Source: Eledone cirrhosa
Lineage: Eukaryota
Direction: 5' to 3'
Assembly: GCA_964016885.1 (NCBI GenBank)
Contig: OZ024741.1
Location: 77,314,001 to 77,378,000, forward strand
Length of the DNA: 64,000 bases
Position numbers and translations under genes: made by a program. The notes beneath the pieces are model-generated. The model saw only the letters and a list, made by a program, of their open reading frames with translations. It searched no databases and was not told where the DNA came from. Shown piece after piece: positions 1 through 13,309 of this stretch; positions within the stretch are counted from its first letter, which is position 1; each line of letters opens with the position of its first letter.

Positions 1-3000
1 TTGTGATGCAGTGTGACATTAAGAGTATATCTTGTGATACAGTGTTACATCAAGAGTATATCTTGTGATACAGTGTGACATTAAGAGTATATCTTGTGAT
101 ACAGTGTGACATTAAGAGTATATCTTGTGATACAGTGTGACATTAAGAGTATATCTTGTGATACAGTGTTACATCAAGAGTATATCTTGTGATACAGTGT
201 GACATTAAGAGTATATCTTCGGATACAGTGTGACATTAAGAGTATATCTTGTGATACAGTGTGACATTAAGGGTATATCTTGTGATACAGTGTGACATTA
301 AGAGTATATCTTGTGATACAGTGTGACATTAAGAGTATATCTTGTGATACAGTGTGACATTAAGAGTATATCTTGTGATACAGTGTGACATTGAGGGTAT
401 ATCTTGTGATACAGTGTGACATTAAGAGTATATCTTGTGATACAGTGTGACATTAAGAGTATATCTTGTGATACAGTGTTACATCAAGAGTATATCTTGT
501 GATACAGTGTGACATTAAGTGTGTATCTTGCGGTACATTGTGACATTAAGAGTATATCTTGTGATACAGTGTTACATCAAGAGTATATCTTATGATACAG
601 TGTGACATTAAGAGTATATCTTGTGATACAGTGTTACATCAAGAGTATATCTTGTGATACAGTGTGACATTAAGAGTATATCTTGTGATACAGTGTTACA
701 TCAAGAGTATATCTTGTGATACAGTGTTACATCAAGAGTATATCTTGTGATACAGTGTGACATTAAGAGTATATCTTGTGATACAGTGTGACATTAAGGG
801 TATATCTTGTGATACAGTGTGACATTAAGAGTATATCGGTGATACAGTGTGACATTAAGAGTATATCTTGTGATACAGTGTGACATTAAGAATATATCTT
901 GTGATACAGTGTGACATTAAGGGTATATCGGTGATACAGTGTAACATCAAGTGTGTATCTTGCGGTACATTGTGACATTAAGAGTATATCTAGTGATACA
1001 GTGTTACATCAAGAGTATATCTTGTGATACAGTGTGACATTAAGAGTATATCTTGTGATACAGTGTGACATTAAGGGTATATCCTGTGATACAGTGTGAC
1101 ATTAAGAGTATATCTTGTGATACAGTGTGACATTAAGAGTATATCTTGTGATACAATGTGACATTAAGAGTATATCTTGTGATACAGTGTGACATTAAGA
1201 GTATATCGGTGATACAGTGTGACATTAAGAGTATATCTTGTGATACAGTGTGACATTAAGAGTATATCTTGTGATACAGTGTGACATTAAGGGTATATCG
1301 GTGATACAGTGTAACATCAAGTGTGTATCTTGCGGTACATTGTGACATTAAGAGTATATCTAGTGATACAGTGTTACATCAAGAGTATATCTTGTGATAC
1401 AGTGTGACATTAAGAGTATATCTTGTGATACAGTGTGACATTAAGGGTATATCTTGTGATACAGTGTGACATTAAGGGTATATCTTGTGATACAGTGTGA
1501 CATTAAGAGTATATCTTGTGATACAGTGTGACATTAAGAGTATATCTTGTGATACAGTGTGACATTAAGAGTATATCTTGTGATACAGTGTGACATTAAG
1601 GGTATATCTTGTGATACAGTGTGACATTAAGAGTATATCTTGTGATACAGTGTGACATTAAGAGTATATCTTGTGATGCAGTGTGACATTAAGAGTATAT
1701 CTTGTGATACAGTGTTACATCAAGAGTATATCTTGTGATACAGTGTGACATTAAGAGTATATCTTGGGATACAGTGTGACATTAAGAGTATATCTTGTGA
1801 TACAGTGTGACATTAAGGGTATATCTTGTGATACAGTGTGACATTAAGAGTATATCTTGTGATACAGTGTGACATTAAGAGTATATCTTGTGATACAGTG
1901 TGACATTAAGAGTATATCTTGTGATACAGTGTGACATTAAGGGTATATCTTGTGATACAGTGTGACATTAAGAGTATATCTTGTGATACAGTGTGACATT
2001 AAGAGTATATCTTGTGATACAGTGTTACATCAAGAGTATATCTTATGATACAGTGTGACATTAAGAGTATATCTTGTGATACAGTGTTACATCAAGAGTA
2101 TATCTTGTGATACAGTGTGACATTAAGAGTATATCTTGTGATACAGTGTTACATCAAGAGTATATCTTGTGATACAGTGTTACATCAAGAGTATATCTTG
2201 TGATACAGTGTGACATTAAGAGTATATCTTGTGATACAGTGTGACATTAAGGGTATATCTTGTGATACAGTGTGACATTAAGAGTATATCGGTGATACAG
2301 TGTGACATTAAGAGTATATCTTGTGATACAGTGTGACATTAAGAGTATATCTTGTGATACAGTGTGACATTAAGGGTATATCGGTGATAGAGTGTAACAT
2401 CAAGTGTGTATCTTGCGGTACATTGTGACATTAAGAGTATATCTAGTGATACAGTGTTACATCAAGAGTATACCTTGTGATACAGTGTGACATTAAGAGT
2501 ATATCTTGTGATACAGTGTGACATTAAGGGTATATCCTGTGATACAGTGTGACATTAAGAGTATATCTTGTGATACAGTGTGACATTAAGAGTATATCTT
2601 GTGATACAATGTGACATTAAGAGTATATCTAGTGATACAGTGTTACATCAAGAGTATATCTTGTGATACAGTGTGACATTAAGAGTATATCTTGTGATAC
2701 AGTGTGACATTAAGGGTATATCTTGTGATACAGTGTGACATTAAGGGTATATCTTGTGATACAGTGTGACATTAAGGGTATATCGGTGATACAGTGTAAC
2801 ATCAAGTGTGTATCTTGCGGTACATTGTGACATTAAGAGTATATCTAGTGATACAGTGTGACATTAAGAGTATATCTTGTGATACAGTGTGACATTAAGA
2901 GTATATCTTGTGATACAGTGTGACATTAAGAGTATATCTTGTGATACAGTGTGACATTAAGGGTATATCGGTGATACAGTGTAACATCAAGTGTGTATCT

Positions 3001-3712
3001 TGCGGTACATTGTGACATTAAGAGTATATCTAGTGATACAGTGTTACATCAAGAGTATATCTTGTGATACAGTGTGACATTAAGAGTATATCTTGTGATA
3101 CAGTGTGACATTAAGGGTATATCTTGTGATACAGTGTGACATTAAGGGTATATCTTGTGATACAGTGTGACATTAAGAGTATATCTTGTGATACAGTATG
3201 ACATTAAGAGTATATCTTGTGATACAGTGTGACATTAAGGGTATATCTTGTGATACAGTGTGACATTAAGAGTATATCTTGTGATACAGTGTGACATTAA
3301 GAGTATATCTTGTGATACAGTGTGACATTAAGAGTATATCTTGTAATACAGTGTGACATTAAGAGTATATCTTGTGATAAAATGTGACGTTATGTGTGTA
3401 TCTTGTGACACAGTGTGACATTAAGAGTATATCTTGTGATACAGTGTGATACTAAGAGTGTATCTTGTGATACAGTGTGACATTAAGGGTATATCTTGTG
3501 ATACAGTGTGATACTAAGAGTGTATCTTGTGATACAGTGTGACATTAAGAGTATATCTTTTTAATACAGTGTGATACTAAGAGTATATCTTGTGATACAG
3601 TGTGATACTAAGAGTGTATCTTGTGATACAGTGTGACATTAAGGGTATATCTTGTGATACAGTGTGATACTAAGAGTGTATCTTGTGATACAGTGTGACA
3701 TTAAGAGTGTAT
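1..3712. repeat. Tandem satellite/minisatellite array, 31-bp unit CTTGTGATACAGTGTGACATTAAGAGTATAT (~120 copies, continues past left edge)
   Basis: Unit read directly; recurrent variants (GTTACATC, AAGGGTAT, 30-bp TATCGGTG, TTGCGGTACATT); more diverged near the right end. Confidence 0.98.
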
Positions 3713-3879
3713 GTGATGATAAAGAAAAACACGAAGACACAGAGATATATGTTGCGAGACATTGAGAAACTAACTCGAATAAATAATGTGTTGATAGCAT
3801 CGGGAGCACTGTATAGTTTACGAGTGTTTCGTTTTGAATTTTTCTACTGTGAGATTGTTGTATCCTACGATTGATATGG

Positions 3880-4400
3880 CTTGTGGTGGTGGTTGTAATG
3901 GTTGGGGTGGTGGTGGCGGTGGCGGGGGGGGGGGGGATTGTAATGGTTGTGGTGGCGGTGGCGACGGTGGTGGCGGTGGTGGCGGTGGTGGTTGTAATGG
4001 TTGTGGTGGTGGTGGCGGTGGCGGGGTGGGGGGGATTGTAATGGTTGTGGTGGCGGTGGTGGCGGTGGTGGCGGCGGTGGCGGCGGTGGCGGCGGTGGCG
4101 GCGGTGGTGGTTGTAATGGTTGTGGTGGTGGTTGTCGTGGTGATAGCAGTGGCGGCGGTGTTGGTGGTGGTGGTGGTGGCAGTGGCGGCGGTGGTGGTGG
4201 CGACGACGGTGGTGGTAGTGGTGGTGGTGATGGTGGTGGCGGTGGTAGTGGCGACGACAGCTGTGGTGGTAGTGGTAGTGGTAGTGGTGGTAGTGGTGGT
4301 GTTGTTGGTGGTGATGGTGGTGGTGGCGGCGGCGGCAGTGGTGTTGGTAGTGATGGTGGTGGTGGCGGCGGTGACGGTGCTGGTGCTACTGCTGGTGGAT
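3880..4400. repeat. Degenerate (GGT/GGC)n trinucleotide low-complexity tract
   Basis: Explains the poly-Gly/Val/Thr ORFs 3818..4439. Confidence 0.9.
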
Positions 4401-4704
4401 GTGGGGCATTCTGACGTCAATAAGGTTAATGATGCTTAGATTAATTTTTCTGATAAAGAAATGTTGAGCAAGCGTTTCATTTTAATACACTGATATTAGA
4501 TAAATAATTATCGATTTGTTGTTTTCGTTGATATCGTTTGATACTGGGAAGAGTGTGGGCCGTGGTCAAGATAAGTGTGTCGAACAGGATGTAGTTTAGT
4601 CACTTTCCTTTCTAGATTCAAATTCCAAGCTTCCAGGAAATGAATAAATTCTACACCATGTATGTATCAAATGCTTTCTTTCTCTACAGTCAAGCATACG
4701 CACA

Positions 4705-4817
4705 TCTATCTATCTATCTTTCTATCTATCTATATTTCTATCTATCTATCTATCTACCTACCTATCTATCTGTCTGTCTGTCCTCCTCTCTCACTCTCTC
4801 TTTCTTTCTCCCCCCTC

Positions 4818-4912
<95 letters not shown>
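4705..4912. repeat. Compound microsatellite (TATC)n-(TC)n-(TA)n
   Basis: Seen directly; a PLE 3' end abuts the (TA)n. Confidence 0.95.
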
Positions 4913-4916
<4 letters not shown>

Positions 4917-6455
4917 ATACTTTGGGAGGGTCATGTTGCCAATAAGAAACACACTCACCAGTTGCTTTCACTTCAATTTATTATATATTTATAAATTTAT
5001 AAATTTACAAATCTACAAACTTATAAATTATAAATTTCTGGTTGGTTGGTTGGTTGGTTCCACAACCAGATAGTTGTTTATATATAGTCATAGTCCTTTC
5101 GTCACACACTCTGTGACCTCTTCAGTGACTGGGGATTCCTTTCTTTGTTTCTGTGCCTTTCCTTTCTTCTGTCCTACGCCATTTTGTTTCTGTGTGTGTG
5201 TTGTGTGCTCAGTTTGCGCATGCGCCACATCCGGGTGTCTGTGTGTGTTTGTGTTCATTTATCTATTTGTTTATTTATTTACATGTTGTTGGTTGGTTGT
5301 TTGTTCTATGTGTGTGTGTGTTTTCATTTTGTCCTTAATTGTAAGTTGTGATGTTGCTGTTCCACTCATATTTTCTATTTAATTTTGGTTGTAATTCTTT
5401 TATGCTTACTGCCTCTGTAATTTGCCTAAACATTGCATCTTTTCTGTGTGTGGATTCTATTTTTATTTCTATGTTCTCTAATTTACCCTTGTGTTCTATC
5501 TTAGCATGTTGGTAGAGTACAGATGATTCTTTATTATCTTGAAGGTCTCGCCAGTGTTCATTTATCCGTTCCCCTATACTACGAGCTGTCTCACCTATGT
5601 ACACTATATTTTTGTTTCTACATTGTCCTTCAGTGCATCTTATGCTATACACTACATTTCTAGTTTTACAGTTAATATGGGGGCTTATTTTACAGGTTAT
5701 ACATTTCTTATCTATACATGAGGGTCTTTGGAACGGGTATGTCTTGCTAATAAGTGTTTTTATGGAGGTACCTGGTCTTTCTACTATCTTAATATTGAGT
5801 TTATGTTTATTTAGGGCCCTTCTAAATTCGTAGGCTAGTTCGCCCCTAGGGGTTGTATTGATGAACATTACACTCTGGTATTTATTGCTATCATACCATG
5901 AGTTTATTCTATTGGCCTTGTTCCTAGTTCTTTCTATTCTATTCCAAAATTTGCTCCTATACAAGGGGCAGGTCCCATTTATGTCATTATTTACCATTTT
6001 TTCCCATTTGGTTCTGGCTCCTCTATACACTCTGATTCCATCTCTCTGATTGTAGCCAGAGAACTGCATACGGTGGATGAAGTGTTGTATGTGTCTCTCT
6101 AGTTCTTCGGGGTTGCACATGCGGGACACATTTCTCATCACCCGTACCAAATCCGCAATCAGTATGTTGATTTTGGTATGGTCCGAAATGGCCGAGTTTC
6201 GGTGGATCAGATGTTTGGAAGTCATGGGGTTGGCATAATGGGAATGGAGGATTTGTTTTTGGTTGTTAATGGTATTTAACCAGAGCTCTGTGTCTAGTAC
6301 AGGTAATCGATGGTTGGGGTGTCTACTTGGGTAGTCTATAGTAACTCTAATGCTCTGGTGGATGGAGTTTGCTATTTGCTGGATGCTTTCCATTGTGTTT
6401 TTCTCTAGTTCCTGACTGTTCTCTAGTGGGGGTGTCTTAACTACGATGTTGTTAA
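4911..6455 (-). mobile_element. 5'-truncated Penelope-like element: RT thumb + Cys linker + GIY-YIG endonuclease, with 3' terminal repeat (pLTR) at 4911-5340
   Basis: ORF 5335..6741: LPVLDTELW, HYANPM, CIDKKCITC, NCKTRNVVYSIRC...VYIGET, EAVSIKELQPKLN; protein and terminus resemble the element at 35144-38232. The first ~95 aa of the ORF are microsatellite-like. Confidence 0.93.
5086..5130 (-). ncRNA. Minimal type-I hammerhead ribozyme in PLE pLTR
   Basis: Minus strand: AGUCA-CUGAAGA-G-GUCACA gagug UGUGAC-GAAA-GGAC-UA-UGACU; stems I and II pair, core intact, CUA triplet. Confidence 0.85.
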
Positions 6456-6845
6456 TGCATACACATATGTACGCATACATGTGTAGACACACATACCCCA
6501 TGCACATATATACACGCACACACTCTCCCTCTCTTACACATACCGACCGCCACATGCCTATTGGCGCCTTGCCGAACAGCCCCTTACATCCGGTCTCACA
6601 CGTACGCATATGCGCATATACGCGCACATACGCGCAGACACACACGTACACGCATACAAAGACACATATCGGTGTTCGGGCACATCTGCACATATATACA
6701 CAAACACTCTCAGACACATACATAGATACACACACGCACATATACGCGTATCCTTATCGATAGGCATCAAGGACAGACACACTTCCAATTCTAACACGCA
6801 ATAAACTGAGTCAAGATGCATCACTGATTTTTCGTTTTTTTATAC

Positions 6846-6934
<89 letters not shown>

Positions 6935-6940
<6 letters not shown>

Positions 6941-7195
6941 TGGATAACCGAACCATATCAAATATACACATATTTAATATGTAGGTATGTAAACATGTCA
7001 GAAAATACGAATTTTGTCTATAAATTGAAAAATATGATAAACACCGTTAATCGTTTTTCGGACCTAATTGGATCCTCATCAGAAGATGTGTATATCATCC
7101 AAACAACCACAAGGAAACATGTATTTGGTTGGTTTATATACCCATTCGCTCTTAGTATTAATCTGAAATGAAGTACTTATCGTATCTATGTTTGT
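6935..7195 (-). mobile_element. Short (TA)n-associated dispersed repeat with decayed hammerhead (7042-7088); related copies at ~39160-39480 and ~39505-39680
   Basis: Shared text (atatgtagg.atgtaaacatg.cagaaaatacgaattt; ttcgctcttagtatta); minus strand CUGAUGA GGAUC..GGUCC GAAA AACGAU UA. Confidence 0.6.
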
Positions 7196-7559
7196 ACGCA
7201 TAGTTGTGTAATCAAGAAAGAAATTCGCTTTGTAGTCAGGTGAGTCCAGGTTCGATGCCTCACCAAAGAATTTTAAGCAGTTGTGTTTTACCGCAGGATC
7301 TGATTGACCAAAGCCTTGTTAGTGAAATTAAATAGACCGAGAAAAGGAGAAAGTCTCTGCGTAATCACTAGACTTGATAGAAATTACAGCCATATCCCTC
7401 TCAAATCCCACATTATCATCTTTAAAATGAATGAATGACATATCATTGAAATAGTCTAGGATAAATTATAAATAAAAAGATAGAATGGCCAGGACTTGAT
7501 TATAGATAATTTCAGTGAAGGCTGATCTGGAGTTAAACAACACAACAATAGCCTATTGT

Positions 7560-8230
7560 CCCTAGCATCTATTTGGTTTGCAGGTTGTACCCTTGTTGAC
7601 TCTTATAGATACTTATTTTAGTTAGTTTTGTTTTCTTTTGACGCATGAATTGTAGCCCGTTGTCTATTTGCCTACTGGAACGTTTCGAGAGCAGTTGCCT
7701 ACTTAAGGTACCTGCAGTTTCCTGACTATTTGGAGCACATAATCAAACCTGCTGTTTATACGGAATATTTTTCATAGTCCACAATTTACTTAGGGTATAT
7801 ATAGGGTACTTATAATAGCTAGCTGCGTATTTAGCTTACCGCCTATTTGGGGTACTTCGTGTAGCTTGTTGCCTGTTTCGGGTACTTTCTCTATCTCTTG
7901 CATATTCGCAATGTACTTATTACAGCCTACTACCTCGTATTTACCGTAAGTAATCTTGAAGTGTGTTGCCTATTTGTAGCTTTGTGCCTATTGTGGGGTA
8001 CTAAAATTATCCTGATGTACAATTAGCGTACTTATTGTGGGTTACATACTATATCCTGCTACAACAGTTTGCTGTTTTTGAAGCTACTTATTGTAGTTTG
8101 CTGTCTATTTGAGTACTTTATATTTGCATACTCTCTATTAAAGTATTTATTATTTGCGGACAGCTACTCTCTATGTCAGTATTTATTATATGCAGCTGCT
8201 ATTTAACATATCATATTTTGCAGCCTATTT
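7560..8230. repeat. Old degenerate minisatellite (~30-35 bp, core tagcctgttgcctatttggggtactta)
   Basis: Recurring gcctattt / ggtactt / tagc motifs at roughly regular spacing. Confidence 0.55.
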
Positions 8231-8814
8231 GTCCACAAATTCAAAATCTAAGCTATGTCGCGTATTTTAATGGGATAAAAAAAAAAGATACTTGAGATCT
8301 CATATAACTAATAGCCACCAAGATGATCGATTAAAGCTAATATCAGTTATGTTAGAACCAGATATCCGTTTTTGTTTTTGTTAAAAAATGTTTTTAACTC
8401 AATAATAATAATGATTACTGACTCAATCTGTAGTTCGTTTAAATGTTTGTATGTGTGTTATTTGTATTGTCAAACAGAATTAAACAAACAAATGTAAATT
8501 TGCTGAATATATTTTCTTTCGTTATAATCCATCACATTTGTTGGTCGAGGCGGTCGTCACCTCATACTTGCAAAGTCTTCTTTCTATTTTGACATTTAAA
8601 AATTGCATTAATTGTTGCGCGTCTGCGCGTGTTTGCTATGGGGTCCTAATTACTGTTTGACCATTTACAAGGAACGGAATTAACAAATATACTACACGTG
8701 AATCCAAAGACACAGTTTTTGGTATTATGCTAGAAATATTTCCCTGGTGGATTTCGTGTTGGGCAACGGTACGAGACCAAACATTATACGAGGGATTTAG
8801 TCCGTTGAATCGAT

Positions 8815-9250
8815 GCAGAATGAACATATATGCAAAACTAATGAGGAATCTGCAGATATTCCACCCTTACTATGCCTTCAGATTTATATCTGCGATCATT
8901 GGGGCTCTGGGATATATTACTAACTGCCTCAGTACAAATCTTGAGAAGCTGGGTTTCACAGATCCAGAAAGGTCAATCCATTAATGGAGCTGTAAAAATA
9001 TGTAAACCATTCCAAGAATTCTGCATCTAATAATTGCTTATACACATGTATAGATACAAAACATATGCACGTGTACACATATAACTCAAAACATACATAT
9101 CCACACATACAATAACATCCATACCTGCACACACACACGCAAGCATACTGACAAGCATACATATTTACCTGTTTGTTGTCTAAATTCCAATTAAAGAGGT
9201 TTGTCTATGTTAGAAACCCACTCTCTATTGGTAAAATTTATAAAATAATT
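8815..9250 (+). mobile_element. 3' fragment of the R4/Dong-type RLE retrotransposon family found at 10-17 kb
   Basis: NIYAKLMRNLQIFHP...IIGALGYITNCLSTNLEKLGF matches the C-terminus of ORF 13523..13996; shared 3' UTR. Confidence 0.85.
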
Positions 9251-9261
9251 GTTTATAAAAT

Positions 9262-9430
9262 AATTGTTTCTACTATTGGCACAAGACCAGCAATTACCCA
9301 GTACATTACTGGTACTTTATTTTATCGACCCCGTAAGGAAGAAAGGCAAAGTTAACCTCGGCGGGATTTGAACTCAGTCCGTAAAGGGACGTAACTGTGC
9401 TACAAAGCATGGCATCCGACCCTCTACCGA
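9262..9430 (-). mobile_element. tRNA-derived SINE (family A)
   Basis: Minus-strand B-box GAGTTCAAATCC followed by gccgaggttaactttgcctttc...ggggtcgataaaataaagtaccagt; related copies at 27585, 37448, 55130. Confidence 0.85.
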
Positions 9431-9686
9431 TAATGAAAGTAGAATATACATACATACATGTGTGTCTGCCTGTCTGTCTGTACGTGTGTATATTCAAACA
9501 CATATGATATATAATATAATATAATATAATATAATATAATATAATATAATATATTATATCATTTTATCTTATTTTATTTTATATATTATAGTATATCATA
9601 TATGTGTGTATGTGTGAATATACACATGCACATACATACAGACAGGCAGGCACACATATATGTATGTATGTATGTATGTATGTTAT

Positions 9687-10232
9687 GTCAAGTCGCTCTT
9701 CAGCGCTACTGGTAACATGTAACCCAATACAACTGTGCATGGTTGCGTCGTCGGCGACTAAACCGGTAACCCCACCAAGCTTGTTTGGTGAGGAGGGCGA
9801 ATTTGGACACTCTGCGGGATGAAAAACAAAACCTGTCAAAGGGCGGAAGAATGTAGGAGAGTCAACGGCCATCCAATAATTTCTTTTTTGTTTTTGTGGA
9901 GCGAGAGATTCCTAGTCTTCATTAAGACATCTCTCTAGAAGAAATTCACTCTGATATAAAACCTGCGACTTCGTTTGCATCCAATGATGTAGACCAGTTC
10001 TTCTTTTTTGGCAAATGCATTCGATGTTCAGAGAGTGGGATTTGCCACTTGCAAAGCCTTTCCTGACTTAAAAAAGCTTCAAGTACAGGCAACGCTTGAT
10101 ATGTGAGATTCTGCTGCGATGCATGGTATTGCTGACCATAGGTAAGTCCCTAGCAGGATTAAAAACCATATCCGTGATGCGCATGCTTAGGTATCAAGCG
10201 AAGGCATGACTCGAAATCGGATTGCAGCCAAC
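9687..10232 (+). mobile_element. Non-autonomous RTE-derived element, older copy, flanked by (TATG)n
   Basis: Homologous to 12704-13296 and 18416-19024. Confidence 0.75.
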
Positions 10233-10264
10233 ATGTTTGTATGTGTGGTATGTATGTATGTATG

Positions 10265-12646
10265 TTCTTCTGGTTTTATAATTTCACAAATTTTTGACAA
10301 TAGAGAGAGAGTCGGTTTCTAACATAGACACAAGACTCTCCCATTAGAATTTACACATCAACTAGGTAGATTATGTATGCATGTGTAGATATGGATGTTA
10401 TTGTATGTGTGGATGTGGATGTTTTGAGTTGTATGTGTGCATGTGTATATGCAGTTATTAGATGCAACATTTTTGGAATGTTTTACATTTTGGAATGTTT
10501 TACATATTTTTACTGTTCCATTAATGGATTGTACTTGTAATTTCCTAACTAGTTGTGTTCTTTCTGTTCTTGTGAAGCCTAGCTTCTCAAGATTTGTATT
10601 GAGACAGTTACTAACATATGTATATGTCTTCCACAACTTTTAATGTGTTTATTGTCGGGGCTATCTTTTCTACAGATTGCATTGTACAGTGTTTTGGCCA
10701 CTACATCATGCCTCATAGGTAGATAGTACCGCGATGACATCTTTGGACAGCTGCTGACGACATATGGACATCTTCGATGTTAATTCTGTAGAGTCTGCAC
10801 TTGTTATCACATCTAGGTGTTTTTCCTACATCCCTATCTCTTTTGTGAATCAGGTATTTCGTGTTAATCTCCTGTTCTTGGATTGCAAAAGCGTATCCTT
10901 CAAAGTGGGAGCCAATATAGCGGTTGTTGGCCCAAGATAGACTACTTTTCTTATCTATATTACTCTCACTATGGAGCTTCCTAGCAACATATCCATGCAT
11001 GGTTTTTTTCCTGAGAAGCATGCAGTTTTTCATCCATGGATCACTGCGATATTGCTGAACGACTTCCCTGGGTGTGAGTTTTTGATTATCACACAGGGAA
11101 ATATCTCTCGAGGAGTTCCTGCCCAACTCTCATGATCCTATCTGTTTCATGCAAATAGACTTGCTCGAGAGACGGGCTCCTACGCGGTTCGTAGATGTTG
11201 TCGGAGGGATATGATGCCACATTCAAATGTTGTCTGGACTGATGTTAGGCCTCTGCCTCCCTGCTTATGTTTCAAGTAAAGGCGGTCTATGTCACTGTTG
11301 ATGTGGAAGTTTACGGTGTTGTTTAGTATTTTTCGAGTTCTAACATCAACTGCTCGGATTTCGTCTATCGTCCAACTGAGTATTCCAAACGTTTGTGTTA
11401 GGACAGGCACAGCAAACACATTGTGAGCCAATGTTTTGTTTTGCGCAGAGAGTTCCGATGACCAAATCTTTCTTAATCGGGTGGAGTATTCCCTGGTTAC
11501 GCGTTCCTTATTACAGATACTATTATAGGATATGTTCTCATCTATCCCCAGGAATCTGTAGCAGTCCTCATCAGATATCGGTGAAAAGGTTAGGCCATTG
11601 ATGACAATGTTGCTAGATTGGGTTGTTGTTTTCCCCTCTTTACAGTCATATATGAGCATTTATCTTGGCCAAACTCCATTCCTATATCCTTCGAGAACGT
11701 TGTAACCATGTCAAGATTTTTCTTCCTCCCATCCATGTTCTTGGCATAGAGTTTCAGATCATCCACAAAGAAATTATGGGTTAGGTTCGTATTTCTGTCC
11801 TCCTGTGAGCCAATGATATATCCTTCACATTTCTTGAGCAGAAGGGACAAGTAGTTTAATGACAGGATGAAATATACCACTGTCTCCCTTAAATATACGA
11901 CTGCGATATTTTAGTTTATCTGTGAAAATAGAGTCCTCCTTCTCTGTCTTTAACCTTAGGATAGTAGCTCAAGAAGAAGACAGCTTCTCTATGGCTCTGA
12001 TAATAATGTCTGGGACTCTAGCATGTCGGAGGGCCTCTATCATCCAAGAGTGGGGAACAGAATCGAAAGCTTTCCTGTAGTCCAGCCAGACTGTAGCCAT
12101 ATTCCTCCTAAGTTGTCGCACCTCCGACATCGCAGTTTTGTTGATTAGTTGTTCAGCACATCCCCAAACCCCTTGCTTTCTAGCTGCTTGTTCATCTGTG
12201 ATGATATTATTATTTTCACAGTGATCTTGGAGGAATAGTTTCAGGCAGGCTGTATACATCTTATACATCAGGTTCTGGCATGCAATGGGGCAGTAGTTTT
12301 TTGCCAAGTGGGTGTCTTTGTTCTTGGGGACCAGTAATGTTTGTGCTAATGTCAACCATTCTGGTATAAGTGTATCTCCCTTAAGAACTTGTTGGTAGAT
12401 GTCAGTAAGATACCTCCTATAGAATATCAGTTTTTTGTACCAGTAGCCGACAATCATGTTTTCCTGGTGTTTTCTTATCTTGGAGTTTTCCTATCAGTCT
12501 CAAGAGTACCCTCACTTATTTCGTATGCTTTTGTTGTAGTGTAGGAGCAATAGTTCTTTTGGATTTCTTTTAGTCACACTGCATCTTGGTTGAAATTCTT
12601 CTTTTCACCCCATATTTTTCTCCAAAAGGAATCTATGTCTTTCTGG
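10265..12646 (-). mobile_element. 5'-truncated, frameshifted R4/Dong-clade RLE non-LTR retrotransposon
   Basis: KNYCPIACQNLMYK, WLDYRKAFDSVPHSW, FFVDDLKLYA, SDIDRLYLKHKQGGRGL, IQEQEINTKY; both ends abut (TATG)n. Confidence 0.93.
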
Positions 12647-12703
12647 TATGTATGTATGTATGTATGTATGTATGTATGTATGTATGTATGTATGTATGTA
12701 TAT

Positions 12704-13296
12704 CAGGTCACCAGTTGGTGCTACTGGTAACATGTATCCCAGTACAACCTGTCTCATGGTCGGGTCGTTGGCGACTAAACTGACAACCCACCAAGGTTTG
12801 TTGGTGAGGAGAGTGACTTTGGACATCCTGCAGGACTAAAAACAAAACCTGTCAAAGGGCAAAGGAGCTCTTAAGAGTCAATGGCCATCCAAAATCACCC
12901 TTAGCCTTTGTCAAGGCAGAATTCTAGGAGAAGGAAAACTCTGATATAACACCTGCAACCCTGATGGTATCCAATGATGTTGACTTGTTCTTCTTTTTGG
13001 TAAATATCATCTCGGTTAAGAGAGTGGGACTGGCTTTGTGCAGTGCCTTTGCTCACTATAAAAGCCTCACGGCACAGGCATTGCTTTATATCTGGAGATC
13101 TCTCTGCACTTGTCGTCACATGGTACCATGGGCCCAGCACTATGTGTCAATAATTGTCACAAGTGTAGTGTTTGTACCAGAGTTTTCAAGTCGCTGGCTA
13201 GACTAAAAAGTCAAACTCGTTCAGCGCATCGGTAGGGGTTCTCCTACATGGATATAAAGTAGTGGTCACACTCGAAAACGAGTTGGCAGCCACCAT
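12704..13296 (+). mobile_element. Non-autonomous RTE(BovB-like)-derived bipartite element with (TATG)n tail
   Basis: Near-identical to 18416-19024; the 3' part reads CHKCSVCTRVFKSLA.LKS.TRSAHR*, like an RTE C-terminal zinc finger, followed by ctcgaaaacgag and a short 3' UTR. Confidence 0.75.
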
Positions 13297-13309
13297 GTAT
13301 GTATGTATG

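Noticed and set aside
1-3712. CRISPR array or coding repeat
   Set aside because: Repeats are directly adjacent with no unique spacers, no cas genes, eukaryotic context; the 31-bp unit puts stops in every frame
3818-4439. Mucin-like or glycine-rich protein ORFs
   Set aside because: Open on both strands only because of the GGT/GGC repeat; no non-repetitive coding support
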